Source: a virus | DNA: 64,000 bases | Strand: one strand, 5' to 3' | Virus record (IMG/VR): IMGVR_UViG_3300045988_159706 | Shown: in pieces, positions 63,550 through 64,000 of the stretch | Numbering within the stretch: the stretch's first letter is position 1 | Layout: each line of letters begins with the position of its first letter | Notes under the pieces: generated by a model | The model's database searches: none | What the model saw: only the letters and a program-made list of their open reading frames with translations | Told to the model about the DNA's origin: nothing | Translations under genes and position numbers: made by a program

Positions 63550-64000
63550 ATGAAAGAAAAAATTAGATATGATTTAGTTCCAGCACATGGGATTAAAGAA
63601 ATATCTCGTGTTCTAACTAGAAAGTTGGACACATATGAAGAAAATCAGTGGAAAAAAGGGATGAAATGGACAGAAGTTCTTTCATCTCTTAAGAAACATC
63701 TCAACGAATTTGAGATGGGAAATGATTACACTGAAGAAGGACTGCTCAATATAGCAGAGGTAGCCAATAATGCATTAATTCTATGCGAATTCTATCATAT
63801 TTATCCCCAAGGGGATGATAGAATTATGGCTCCCACAACAAAACCCATAGTTGCCTTAGACTTAGATAATGTTATCTTTGATTTCAATGGCGCATATGAA
63901 GCTAAGTTTGGCACTAAAATGAATCCTTATTGGAAAGCTAATTATGAAATGTCAGAGCATTTAAAGCAGTTAGAAAAAGATAAGGACTTTTGGGTAAATA
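63550..64000 (+). CDS. dNTP pyrophosphohydrolase-like N-domain fused to a HAD-type 5'-nucleotidase-like domain (truncated by the window edge)
   Basis: ATG 63550, open to the window end; RYDLVPAHGIKEISRVL...NQWKKG...NIAEVANNALIL, then VALDLDNVIFDF. Confidence 0.5.
   Translation, partial: MKEKIRYDLVPAHGIKEISRVLTRKLDTYEENQWKKGMKWTEVLSSLKKHLNEFEMGNDYTEEGLLNIAEVANNALILCEFYHIYPQGDDRIMAPTTKPIVALDLDNVIFDFNGAYEAKFGTKMNPYWKANYEMSEHLKQLEKDKDFWVN

Noticed and set aside
1-64000. CRISPR arrays, rRNA genes, transposases or integrases
   Set aside because: I found no regularly spaced direct repeats with unique spacers, no rRNA-like sequence and no recognisable transposase or integrase ORFs on either strand.

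Overview
This 64-kb window reads as an AT-rich tailed-phage genome, probably a large phage of a Gram-negative host. Nearly all genes are on the + strand. Four things stand out. (1) TGA is a sense codon. About 20 genes assemble only if TGA is read through, and in an RNase HI homolog two TGAs fall on the conserved Trp of the DLW and W-VKGH motifs, so TGA = Trp (code-4-like); TAA and TAG terminate. Recoding is patchy: dense in the replication block and the HNH genes, absent from several cargo blocks. (2) There are roughly 30 tRNA or tRNA-like genes (3.7-44.4 kb, densest at 13-24 kb). They include a Sec-tRNA-like tRNA(UCA), several non-canonical tRNAs and tRNA remnants. (3) The tRNA array carries unannotated RNA structure. 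Three tRNA-shaped elements are circularly permuted: T arm and 3' acceptor strand come first, then a capping loop, then the 5' acceptor strand and D arm, with the outer ends paired. A roughly 55-70-nt hairpin module with a conserved CAGCAA box sits just upstream of many tRNAs. Several long helix-rich non-coding regions also occur. (4) Cargo genes include a visibly higher-GC, TGA-free island (PspA-like protein, BacNaV-like channel, NitT/TauT-type ABC importer with an OmpA-anchored binding protein), an NfeD-flotillin pair, a large NAD+ salvage and purine block (NAMPT, NadE, nicotinamidase, NADAR, Prs-like, short PurA-like, GMPR/IMPDH-like, two vWA proteins), methylglyoxal synthase, MgtC and a ferritin-like protein. 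A replication module, a lysis cassette, and a radical-SAM cluster preceded by four paralogous small proteins are also present. All calls come from reading the sequence and from motif memory; no searches were run.
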